A stretch of 64,000 nucleotides of DNA, taken from positions 3,224,001 to 3,288,000 of the forward strand of contig NC_086098.1 in assembly GCF_963921235.1 (NCBI RefSeq). Direction: 5' to 3'. Shown here in pieces: positions 37,905 through 48,970 of the stretch. How positions within the stretch are numbered: position 1 is the first letter of the stretch; every line of letters begins with the position of its first letter. The DNA comes from Mobula hypostoma (Eukaryota). The translations under genes and the position numbers were made by a program. The notes under the pieces are model-generated. The model had not been told where the DNA came from, ran no database searches, and saw only the letters and a list, made by a program, of their open reading frames with translations.

Positions 37905-39295
37905 GAATGTTGTTCCCTTGTTCAAACAAGATTGTAGGGTAGTCCGGGTAATTATAGACCAGTGAGCCTTACGTCTGTGGTGAGAAAGCTGTTGGAAAAG
38001 ATTCTTAGAGATAGGATCTGTGGGCATTTAGAGAATCATGGACTGATCAGGGACAGTCAGCATGGCTTTGTGAAGGGCAGATCGTGTCTAACAAGCCTGA
38101 TAGAGTTCTTTGAGGAGGTGACCAGGCATATAGATGAGGGTAGTGCAGCGGATGTGATCTATATGGATTTTAGTAAGGCACTTGACAAGGTTCCACACGG
38201 TAGGCTTATTCAGAAAGTTAGAAGTCATGGGATCCAGGGAAGTCTGGCCAGGTGGATTCAGGATTGGCTTGCCTGCAGAAAGCAGAGGGTCGTGGTGGAG
38301 TGAGTACATTCAGATTGGAGGGTTGTGACTACTGGTGTCCCACAAGGATCTGTTCTGGGACCTCTACTTTTCGTGATTTTTTTTAATGACCTGGATGTGG
38401 GGGTAGAAGGGTGGGTTGGCAAGTTTGCAGACGACACAAAGGTTGGTGGTGTTGTAGATAGTGTAGAAGATTGTCAAAGATTGCAGAGAGACATTGATAG
38501 GATGCAGAAGTGGGCTAAGAAGTGGCAGATGGAGTTCAACCCGGAGAAGTGTGAGGTGGTACACTTTGGAAGGACAAACTCCAAGGCAGAGTACAAAGTA
38601 AATGGCAGGATACTTGGAAGTGTGGAGGAGCAGAGGGATCTGGGGGTACATGTCCACAGATCCCTGAAAGTTGCCTCACAGGTAGATAGGGTAGTTAAGA
38701 AAGCTTATGGAGTGTTAGCTTTCATAAGTCGAGGGATAGAGTTTAAGAGTCGTGGGATAATGATGCAGAGCTTTAAAACTCTGGTTATGCCACACTTGGA
38801 GTACTGTGTCCAGTTCTAGTCACCTCACTATAGGAAGGATGTGGAAGCATTGGAAAGGGTACAGAGGAGATTTACCAGGATGCTGCCTGGTTTAGAGAGT
38901 ATGCATTATGATCAGAGATTAAGGCAGCTAGGGCTTTACTCTCTGGAGAGAAGGAGGATGAGAGAAGATATGATAGAGGTATACAAGATATTAAGAGGAA
39001 TAGGTAGAGTGGACAGCCAGCGCCTCTTCCCCAGGGCACCACTGCTCAATACAAGAGGACATGGCTTTAAGGTAAGGGGTGGGAAGTTCAAGGGGGATAT
39101 TAGAGGAAGGTTTTTTACTCAGAGAGTGGTTGGTGTGTGGAATGCACTGCCTGAGTCAGTGATGGAGGCAGATACACTCGTGAAATTTAAGAGACTACTA
39201 GAGAGGTATATGCAGGAATTTAAGGTGGGTGGTTATATGGAAGGCATAACATTGTGAGCCGAATGGTCTGTACTGTGCTGTACTATTCTTTATTC
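37905..39295 (+). mobile_element. 5'-truncated CR1 LINE, well preserved RT and 3' end
   Basis: ORFs 37962..38303, 38325..38819 (GVPQGSVLGP, KFADDTK) and 38841..39257 separated by single stops. Confidence 0.93.
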
Positions 39296-40324
39296 TTTAA
39301 CACCCATCTTACAATAAATTTGATTTGTAAAGAACTAACAAGTTAACCATCTGCGTGCCAAAACTGACTGTGAATCAGAATGGATCATGACTGATGGAGT
39401 TCTTGGAGATGTTTTGGATCAACACACACTGGAAGATCTCAACATGTCAGGCAGCATCTATAGAGGAAAGTGAACAGGGAAATATCGGGCCATCAGGACT
39501 GGAAAGGAAGGAAGAGGAGGAGAATCGCAAACACTTTGTGGCTAGGCTTTGTACTGACCTCTGGGTTGGTCAGTCCAACCCTTACAGAGCTCTGGCAGTC
39601 AATTGGATTAATGCAGCTTGCCATACGGTGAAGAGCATTCTGACTGGTTACATCACCAACTGGTATGGAGAATGCAGAGAAATGGAAAAAGCTGCAGAGG
39701 GTTGCAACCTGCGCCAGCATCACTGTACTACTCTCCCCGTCATCAAGGACATCTTCCAAGTACAATGTCTCAGGAGGCAGCATTTATCATTAACAACCTC
39801 ACAGGCCAACTTCTCATTTCCACCTTCAAGGAGGAGGTTTGCTTGAAGCAAACACTCAACATTTCAGGAACAGCTTCTTCCCTTCTGCCATCAGATTTCT
39901 GAACAGCCCATGAACCCATGAACACTAGCTCACTTTTTGCTCTGCTAACGTACTTTTTATTTATTCTTATTTTAAATTACAGTCATTTTTATGCATTGCA
40001 CTGTACTGCTTCCATAAAGCAACAAATTTCACGACCTATGTCAGTGATAATAAGCCTGATTCTGATGGTGTGGATGTGGGCATAGAGGTGCCTGTCGCAT
40101 TGGAGAACTCCATGCCCCCCTCCCACAACTCATTTCCATGACACTTCTCTTGCTGTGGTATCATGGCAGCCAATCAGAACAGCTCTCCGTGCACTGATTC
40201 ACTTCTCAGCAGTCAGCATGGGAATGCTGCAGTTCTGACAAGCTCTGCCAAACAAACAAACACATCCTTTTGCAGAGGCAGAGGAAATATTTTAGCAACA
40301 CTTTTAACATTCATAGAATGTTAC

Positions 40325-41068
40325 CAATCCTCATAGAGGGATCTGACGTGGAGAGAGTGAGCAGTTTCAAGTTCCTGGGTGTCAAGATGTCTAAGGATCT
40401 AACCTGGTCCCAACATATCGATGCAGCTATAAAGAAGGCAAGACAGTGACTATACTTCATTCGGAGTTTGAAGAGATTTGGTATGTCAACAAATACACTC
40501 AAAAACTTCCATAGATGTACCATGGAGAGCATTCTGACAGGCTGCATCACTGTCTGGTATGGGCAGGGGGTGGGGGGGGGGGGTGGGCTACTGCACAGGA
40601 CCGAAAGAAGCTGCAGAAGGTTGTAAATCTAGTCAGCTCCATCTTGGGTACTGGACTACAAAGTACCCAGGGCATCTTCAGGGAGCGGTGTCTCAGAAAG
40701 TCAGCATCCATTATTAAAGACCTTCAGCACCCAGGGCATGCCCTTTTCTCACTGTTACCATCAGGAAGGAGGTACAGAAGCCTGAAGACACACACTCAGC
40801 GATTCAGGAACAGCTTCTTCCCCTCTGCCATCCAATTCCTAAATGGACGTTGAACCCTTGGACACTACCTCAGTTTTTTAAAATAAATATCATTTCAATT
40901 TTTTTGCACAATTTGTAATCTATTCAATATAAATATACCATAATTTATTTATTGTTATTTTATTATTTTTTTCTTCTTCGATATTATGTATTGCATTGAA
41001 CTGCTGCTGCTAAGTTAACAAATCTCATGTCACATGCCGGTGATAATAAACCTGATTCTGATTCTGAC
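40325..41068 (+). mobile_element. Rex1/Babar-like 3' end
   Basis: FKFLGVK..DLTWSQH, HPGHALFSLLPSGRRYRSLK; tail GATAATAAACCTGATTCTGATTCTGA. Confidence 0.85.
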
Positions 41069-41469
41069 TCTGAGAACACAGAACATAACAGCACAGGGCA
41101 GACCCCCTGGCCCACAATGTTGTACCAACCTTTTAACCCTTCCCTCCTACATAGCTCTCGATTTTTCTTTCATCCCTGAGTTTATCTAAGAGTTTCTTAA
41201 ATGCCTTCAATATATCTGTCCCCACCACCACCCCTGGCTGGGCATTTCCCATACCCACCACACTATGTGTGAAAATCTGACTTCTGACATCCCCCCATAC
41301 TTTCCTCCAATCACCTTAAAATCATGTCCTCTCGTGTTAGCCACATGAGCCATTCCTCGGCTGAATTTAGTCTCTGGCAAGGACTCACATGAGGGACTGG
41401 TCCTCATGGGACCTGTGGTAAATTGAATTTAAAATTGATTTGGCAATAGGAAACAGGGGGTAATGATGG

Positions 41470-41625
41470 GGATACAAGAGATTCTGCAGTTGTGGAAAAC
41501 CTTGAGCAACACATGCGAAACACTAGAGGAACTCAGCAGGCCAGGCAGCGTCTATGGAGGGAATTAAACAGTTGGTATTTCTCAGCCCAAAGCACCAACT
41601 GCTTATTCACCTCCATAGATGCTAC
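41470..41625. mobile_element. Old degenerate fold-back PLE mini-element
   Basis: Same tail and arm sequence as the younger mini-elements, with a short inverted arm. Confidence 0.55.
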
Positions 41626-43614
41626 ATAGATGGAACAGAGGGTTGTTGGTGTACATAGACCCTTGAAGGTGGCAACAGAGTAGTTAATGAGGTTTCTGAA
41701 TGCATATGGGATATTGGCTTTCATTATCTGTGGAATTGAATACAGAGGTCCTGAGGTTAGAAAGCCTTGGTCAGAACTCAGCGTTTCTGGTCACTGAAGT
41801 ATTGAAGAGATGTGATCGGACTGGCAAGGATGCTGAGGAGGTACACCAGCATGTTGTCTAGGATGGAGAAGTTCAACTGTGATGAGAGAGTGGAGAAGTG
41901 TGGTCTGTTCTCCCTGGGGTAGAGAAGTCAAAAGGGTATATCACAGATCATGGATCAACTTAATTCACCATATCCTTTTACATTTATTAGGAATCTGCAG
42001 TGGTGTGTTGGTCAAGATGCAACATGCAACAAATCTCGACAGCATTCAACAGTAATAAAGAATATATATAAAGTTACAAGTTAAACTACAGATATGATTG
42101 AAATATATAAACCATATACAAGCTTATGAGGAGTATCAATAAAATAGACTACAGGAATTTTTTCTCTGTATCAGACACAGTTGAAAGTAAGAGGCCGAGA
42201 CAGATTGGACAGCTAACACCGTTTTTCCAGTGTGGAAAGGCTATTACGATAAGGCACAATTTAAGATGACTAGAGGTAGGCATAGGGGTGATGTCAGAGG
42301 TAGTTTTTTTAAACACAGGAAGTGGTGGATATATTTGGGACATTTAAGATTGGCACTTGGATGAAAGAAAAATGGAGGCTATATAAGAGGGAAGGGTTAG
42401 GTTGATCTTGGAGTAGGTTAAAGGGCTGGAACAACATCAAGGGCCTGTAGTGTGCTGTGTTCCAGAGGATATCGGATGATGGTAAAGGAGAAGAGATAGA
42501 AAGATTCAGAGAGAGGCAGGTACCTGAAATGCACTGCCTGAGAGAGTGATTGAAGCCTGAATTATTTACCAAGGAGAACTACAGACTATGCGCAGGGTGA
42601 TGAGATTAATATGGAAAATTGCCCACCGATCAGCCCGGACAAGTCAGGCCAAATGCTCTAATTCCATGCTGTGCAAGATCATTAATATTTTCTCAGTGAC
42701 CACTTGCACGATACACAGCACTTGTCTGGAATTCTAACAAAGTGAGACTGCAATTTCTAGGTAAGCAGTCATGAAAAGAGACGGATACCAAGAGGTTGGA
42801 GACAACAAAGGCTTTGCTGAAGAAAGCCAAGTCACACTGAATTATGGGAGTTAGTGATATGAAGAATCAAAAGAAAGATGAAACAAGGAATGAAGAACCA
42901 TTGTGAAAATAAGCTCAGCTGTTGACTGCAGTAAACTGAGAAATTGGAGATGTGAAGAATTGGAGATATACCTTGAAGTTTACAGTGACAGTTCAGTAAG
43001 CAAACAGTTGTAGATGAGAAACGAGCTTCTCTTCAACTGTTGACAAAAGTCTAAAGTGATGCAAAGCTTGATGGACTTTGTGAGACAGAATCGAACATCA
43101 CATTCTCTGGGATAAGGAATTGATTAGGAGGATTAGAATCAGAATCAGGTTTAAATATGGAGGAATTTAAAGTGGAGGGTTATATGGGAGGCAGGGTTTA
43201 AGGGTCGGCACAACATTATGGGCCGAAGGGCCTGTATTGTTCTATGTTCTATGTTAATATCACTGGCATACGTCATAAAATTTGTTGTTTTTGCGGCAAC
43301 AGTACTGTGCCATACATAATAAAATAAACTACAAATTACAATATATAAATTAAATTAAATAAATAGTACAAAAAGACAGCAAAAAAGGGGGAAAAAAAGT
43401 GAGGTAGTGTACATGTGTTCATTGTCCATTCAGAAATGTGGTGGAGGTGGGAAGAAGCTGTTCCTGAAATGATGGGTGTGTGTCTTTAGACTCCTGTACC
43501 TGACTAACGGATGCCTAGATGAATTATAAGACACAGGAGCAGAATGGGGACGTTCAGCCTATTGAGTTTGCTCTGCCATTCCATCAGGACTGATTTATTA
43601 TCCCTCTCAACCCA

Positions 43615-44117
43615 GAAGGCTAGTCCCTACTACGAACAAGTGGACAGAATGGCCATGGGATCACTCTTGTCACCAGCTATTGCTGATTTCCACATGGAGG
43701 ACGGTGAGGAGAAGGCTCTCAGCTCATCGTCCTTACATCCCAAGTGCTTCTTCAGATGCCTTGATCACACCTTCGTAGTGTGGGCTCCTGGACTTGCAAT
43801 GGCCAAAGGACTTCAACAGCACAAAACTACGATGCAGTGCCAGTGGCTTTTGGGACTGCCTGGTAAAGGAAACCATTGAAATGAAACTAAAGGAAAAGAA
43901 TTTTAACAAAGATGAAGGTCTCACTCTAAGTAAGAACTGAAATTTGATTGTAAACAAGGTGGACTAACCAGTCAGGAAGGATGGACTACGGGGTATAGAT
44001 ACCACTGGACAAGGCATGCACAGGCATCATCCCTGATGAAGATGTCAAGTTTGCTATTAAAACATCAGTTAAAATTGATACCTGTTCCCAGCTGAAAGCC
44101 CGAGAAGAGTTTATTCA
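43615..44117 (+). mobile_element. Second Penelope-like family (Penelope/Poseidon-like), heavily deleted
   Basis: RT motif YYEQVD.MAMGSLLSPAIADFHME...FFRCLDHTFVVW; endonuclease C-terminus KETIE..LKEKNFNKDEGL.LS; CTGATGAAG remnant at 44033. Confidence 0.75.
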
Positions 44118-44694
44118 GCTTTTACTTTCATAACAGCACATAAATATGAATTTTTGTTTCATATTAAATTCAAAGGTCAGGAAGTTATGTTGCAGCTTTA
44201 TAAAACTCTAGTTAGGCTGTGTCTGGAGTACTGCATACAGTTCTGGTTGCCACATTATAGGAAGGACGTCAAGGCTTTGGACAGGGCGCAGAAGAGGTTC
44301 ATCAGGGTGCTGTCTGGATGAGTGGCTGACAGGACGGAGATAGGTCTCCACCAAAGGAGGGGTAAGGCACTCCTTCCCTCCACTAGCCTGCAGGTCACCC
44401 TTGGGCAAGGTGCATCACTTGCTTAGACCCCCAGTCGGGGTCATGTGAAGCCATGGAAACAGGTGGTGGATGGTCATAAGTCCTGGTTATGTGACAACTG
44501 ACGCCAGGCAGACAATCTCTGAAGAGTATTGATAATGGCTGGGGTTACCTGTCTTGTAAAGACACTGCCCAGAAGACGGCAAGGGCAAACCACTTCTGTA
44601 GAAAAATTTGCCAAGAACAATCATGGTCATGATCGCCCATGTTATATGACACGGCTCAGAACGATGACGATGCCACTGCCTGGATTAGAGGCCA

Positions 44695-45364
44695 CACTCA
44701 CAACACGCTGGAGGAACTCAGCAGGTTGGGCAGCATCCGTGGAAAAGATCGGTCGACGTTTCAGGCTCGAACCCTTCGTCAGGACTGTAGAGGGAAGGGG
44801 CAGAGGCCCTATAAAGAAGGTGGGGGGAGGGTGGGAAGGAGAAGGCTGGTAGGTTCCAGGTGAAAAACCAGTAAGGGGAAAGATAAAGGGGTGGGAGAGG
44901 GGAGGCAGGGAGGTGATAGGCAGGAAAGGTGAAGAAGGAACAGGGAAAAACACAATGGGTAGTAGTAGGAGGCGGGACCATGAGGGAGGTGGTAGGCAGC
45001 TGGGGGAGGGGGCAGAGTGACATATGGATAGGGGAAAAGAGGGGGAGGGAATTACCAGAAGATGGAGAATTCTATGTTCATACCAAGGGGCTGGAGACTA
45101 CCTAGACGGTATATGAGGTGTTGCTCCTCCAACCTGAGCCTTATCATGGTAGTAGAGGAGGCCATATATGGACATATCCGAATGGGAACGGGAAGCAGAG
45201 TTGAAGTGGGTGGCAACCAGGAGATCCTGTCTGTTTTGGCGGATGGAGCGGAGGTGCTCGATGAAGCGGTCCCCCAATCTGCGTCGGGTTTCACCGATGT
45301 ACAGGAGGCCGTACTGGGAGCACCGGATGAAATAGATGACCCCAACAGACTCACAAGTGAAGTG
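44695..45364 (-). mobile_element. Penelope-like element 3' part: GIY-YIG endonuclease and pLTR
   Basis: ORF 45098..45412 VIYFIRCSQYGLLYIGETRRRLGDRFIEHLRS; RLEEQHLIYRLGSLQPLGMNIEF. Confidence 0.9.
44752..44786 (-). ncRNA. Minimal type I hammerhead ribozyme motif, intact core
   Basis: AGTC-CTGACGA-AGG(GTTCGAG)CCT-GAAA-CG-TC-GACC. Confidence 0.72.
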
Positions 45365-45414
45365 AAAAAACACAACACTCTGGAGGAACTCAGCAGGTTG
45401 GAAAAAACACAACA

Positions 45415-47380
45415 GAGGCTATCTGCGATAATGAGAGCTTGGACAAACTTAGGTTGCTTTTTTTTTGGAGCTGCAGAGCCTGAGGGGAGTGCTGATAGAC
45501 ATTTATCAGGTTACGAGAGTGTTGAAAAGCTGAAAGTAGGTGGCAGAAAACATTACAACATTTATAAAGAAACTCTTAGACAGCTGTGAGTGTCTCTGCA
45601 GTAGGTTAGAAGTCAGCGTCATCCTTTCAAGCACTGAGAACTCATTTAGTTCAGATGACACAATTCAAACCTGTTGGCCATAAAGGTGTAGAAGAAATTG
45701 TGCTACACCTGAAATTCTCCTCCTATTCCCGTGATACTTTACTCACACACTTTTTTAAAAATGGTTTTAATTGCACGATGGTTGACATTCTGCAAATAGT
45801 CAACACTTCTCTTCTGTCAGGCTGCCTCCCAAAAGCCCTGAAAACCGCAGTTATCTTTTAAAAATGTACAACCTAGAAGTCTCAGTAATTAGTAACTACA
45901 GGCCAATATCAAATTTACCATGGTTAAGTAAAATCATTGAAAAGGCTGTTTATCAGCTTGTTGACACTAAGCAATGTATGGATGTTCTCTGGCCTGGATT
46001 TCCACACCAAACACTGAGACAGTTTTGGTCAGGGTCTGAAATGACATCCACTTAAACCACCATGATGTTGTGTCACTTGAAATTCCAGCATCTGCAGATT
46101 TCCTCGTGTTTATGATGATAAGATTTCACTTTTGGTTTTATTGGACCTCAGTGCTGCTTTTGACACACTCGATCATGGCATGTTACCAGACAGACTGAAA
46201 ATTTGGGTGGGACTTTCCAGTACAGTCCAGAAGTGGTTTAAATCATACTTACAGGACAGGGACTATTTTGTATTGATTGGTAGCTGCATACCTGACCGAA
46301 CAAAAATGACTTGCAGAGTGCCTCAGAGGGCCATACTTGGACTTCTCCTGTTTAAGATAGCATGCTCCCTCTAGCTCAAATCATGGAAAGCAACAAAATA
46401 TCTTACCATAATTATGCAGATGACACTCAGATTTATACAACAGAGTCATCAAGTGATTATGGTTCCATACAATCACCAAAAAACTGTACTGAACAAATCA
46501 CTGACTGGATGAGCCAAACTTTTCTCCAGTTAAACAAAGAGAAAAGTAAAATAATTATTGTAGTGCCAAAAAAGAAAGATTAAAAGTCAGTGTTCACTTC
46601 GAAGCTCTGTCATTACAGACCACAAACCAAGCCAGAAACCTTGGTGTTGTGATGGACTGTGACTTAAATTTTAACTGCCACATTAGACAATTACAAAATC
46701 AATCTACTACCATCTTAAAAATATAGTGAGAGTTAAAGGGCTTATGTCTCAGCAAGATTTAGAAAATCTTGTCCATGCTTGACTACTGTAATGGCATTTT
46801 CACAGGTCTCACTAAAAAATCCCTCATTCAGCTGCAGCTCATTCAGAACATGCTGCCAGAGTCCTCACTAAGACCCAGAAAGTAGAACACATCACTCCAG
46901 TTCTCAGATCACTACACTGGCTTCCTATCCATCAGAGGACTGACTCTAAAATATTACTACTGGTTTATAAAGCACTGAATAATCTACAGCCAAAATACAT
47001 CTCCCATTCTTGCTTCGTTATGAACCTGCCCGAGCTCTCAGGTTGTCTGGGACAGGTCTGCTTACCGTCCCCAGGGTCAAAATTAAACATGGTGAAGCTG
47101 TTTTTAGCTACTATGCTCTACATAACTGGAATAACCTTCCAGAGGATCTGAGGTCTGCCTCAACTTTTAGGCTCTTTTAATTTGAGACATAAAATTTTCC
47201 TTTTCACTTTAGCTTTTAATTCGAATCTCCCGCACTGTAACTTCTATTTATCATTTTGTGATTTTTTTCTCTTATATATTGTCTGAAATGTGATGTTTGA
47301 TTTTTATATCTTATTCTGTGTAAAGCACTTTGAACTGCCTTGTGATTGAAAAGTGCTATACAAATAAATTTGTTTGCTTG
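45415..47380 (+). mobile_element. Decayed L2-type LINE with a small PLE-tail insert at about 46068-46111
   Basis: NYRPISNLPWLSKIIEKAV, LLDLSAAFDT, YADDTQIY, HITPVLRSLHWLP; 3' end AAAAGTGCTATACAAATAAA. Confidence 0.88.
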
Positions 47381-48419
47381 CATAGAAAAAGTAGACAGAC
47401 AGTATCTTTTTCTCAGGGTTGAAATGTCTCGTACCAGAGGGCATGCACTTAAGGTGAGAGGGGGTAATTTCAAAGGAGATGTGAGGGGGAAGTTTTTTTT
47501 TTACACGAAGAGTGGTAAGGATTGTACTGCCTGGGGGGGGGCAGGGTTGTAGAAGCAGATACATTAGAGACTTTAATAAGACATTTGCATAGGCAGGTGA
47601 ATGTGAGTAAATTGGAAGGACATAGATATTGTGCAGGCAGAAGAGATGAGTTTAGTTGGCCAGTTGATTACTAATTTAGTTGGTTCGGCACAACACTGAG
47701 GGCCAAAGGGCCTGTTCCTGTGCTGTTCTGGTCTATGTTCTATATTCTATGGCCTAAAGCAGAACCTTTAATTCCATCATTAGCAAAGTTGACTGGACTT
47801 GTGTCAATGATACCATCTTAATTTTACTGGATTTAGTTTTGCAGAAATGTCAGTTCTACTACAGAAAGAGAAATTACAGGATTAAACGATTAATCAATAG
47901 TCCTGCGTCACAATGCTAATTTGCTGAGTAAAAGACTTCAGCGATAGCCCTTGTAAGTAATGGTCAGATATTTATGTCCGGAATATTAATGCTGCCAATT
48001 TCCAGTTAGAGTATGGCTTATTTCTCTCTGCATTTGATGCAGATTCTTGACTACAGAGGAACAGGTTACTCTGAAGTGTTGTAGGAAAAGAATAGTGGTT
48101 TCAAAAGATTTCATACCATCTTCAACACAAACTGTTCATTCTCACACAACCATGTTAAACAGTTAAGCTGACAGTCCACTTCCTTGAAAATTTAAAACGA
48201 ACTATTGTATATAGCATAGGATTGTGAGAAAAGGTTGGTTTTGCACAATAATTGTAAATAAACTGTAGGACAAGGCCGGTCACTCAGACTGAACAAACAC
48301 ACTCTGTTCACAGTGGTTTCTCAAAGTTCAAAGTAGAAAGTAAATGTGTGCCAAAATACATTGATATCACCATATGCTACCTCAAGAGTCGTTTTCTTGC
48401 AGGCAGAACAAAGAAGTAC

Positions 48420-48970
48420 CCTCAGTGGTCACTTTATTAAGCACACCTGTACACCTGCTTGTTAATGCAAACATCTAATCAGCCAATCATATGGCAGCAG
48501 CTCAATGCATTAAAGCATGGAGACAAGGTCAAGAGATTCAGTTGTTATTCAGAACAAACATCAGAATGGAGAAGAAATGTGATCTAAGTGATTTTGTGAA
48601 ATGATTGTTGAAGCCAGACAAGGTGGTTTGAATATCTCAGAAACTGCTAATCTCCAGAGATTTTCATGCACAAGTCTTCAGAGTTTACAGAGAATGGTAT
48701 GATAAACAAAATAACATCCAGTGACTGAGAGTTCTGTGGGTGAAAACACCTTGAGAGGAGAATGGCCAGATGAGTTCAAGCTGACAGAAAGGCGACAGTA
48801 ACTCAAATAATCACACGTTACAACAGTGGTGTGTTGAAGATAATCTCTGAATGCACAACACATTGAACCATGAAGTGGATGGACTACAGCAGCAAAAGAC
48901 CATGAACATCTACTAAGTGGCCACCTTATTAGGTATGGGAGATAACTCTTAAAATGACCACTGAGTGTAC
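48420..48970 (+). mobile_element. Non-autonomous Tc1-like transposon
   Basis: Same family as copies at 15031, 18908 and 36765; ends CTCAGTGGTCACTTTATT...GACCACTGAGTGTA. Confidence 0.8.
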
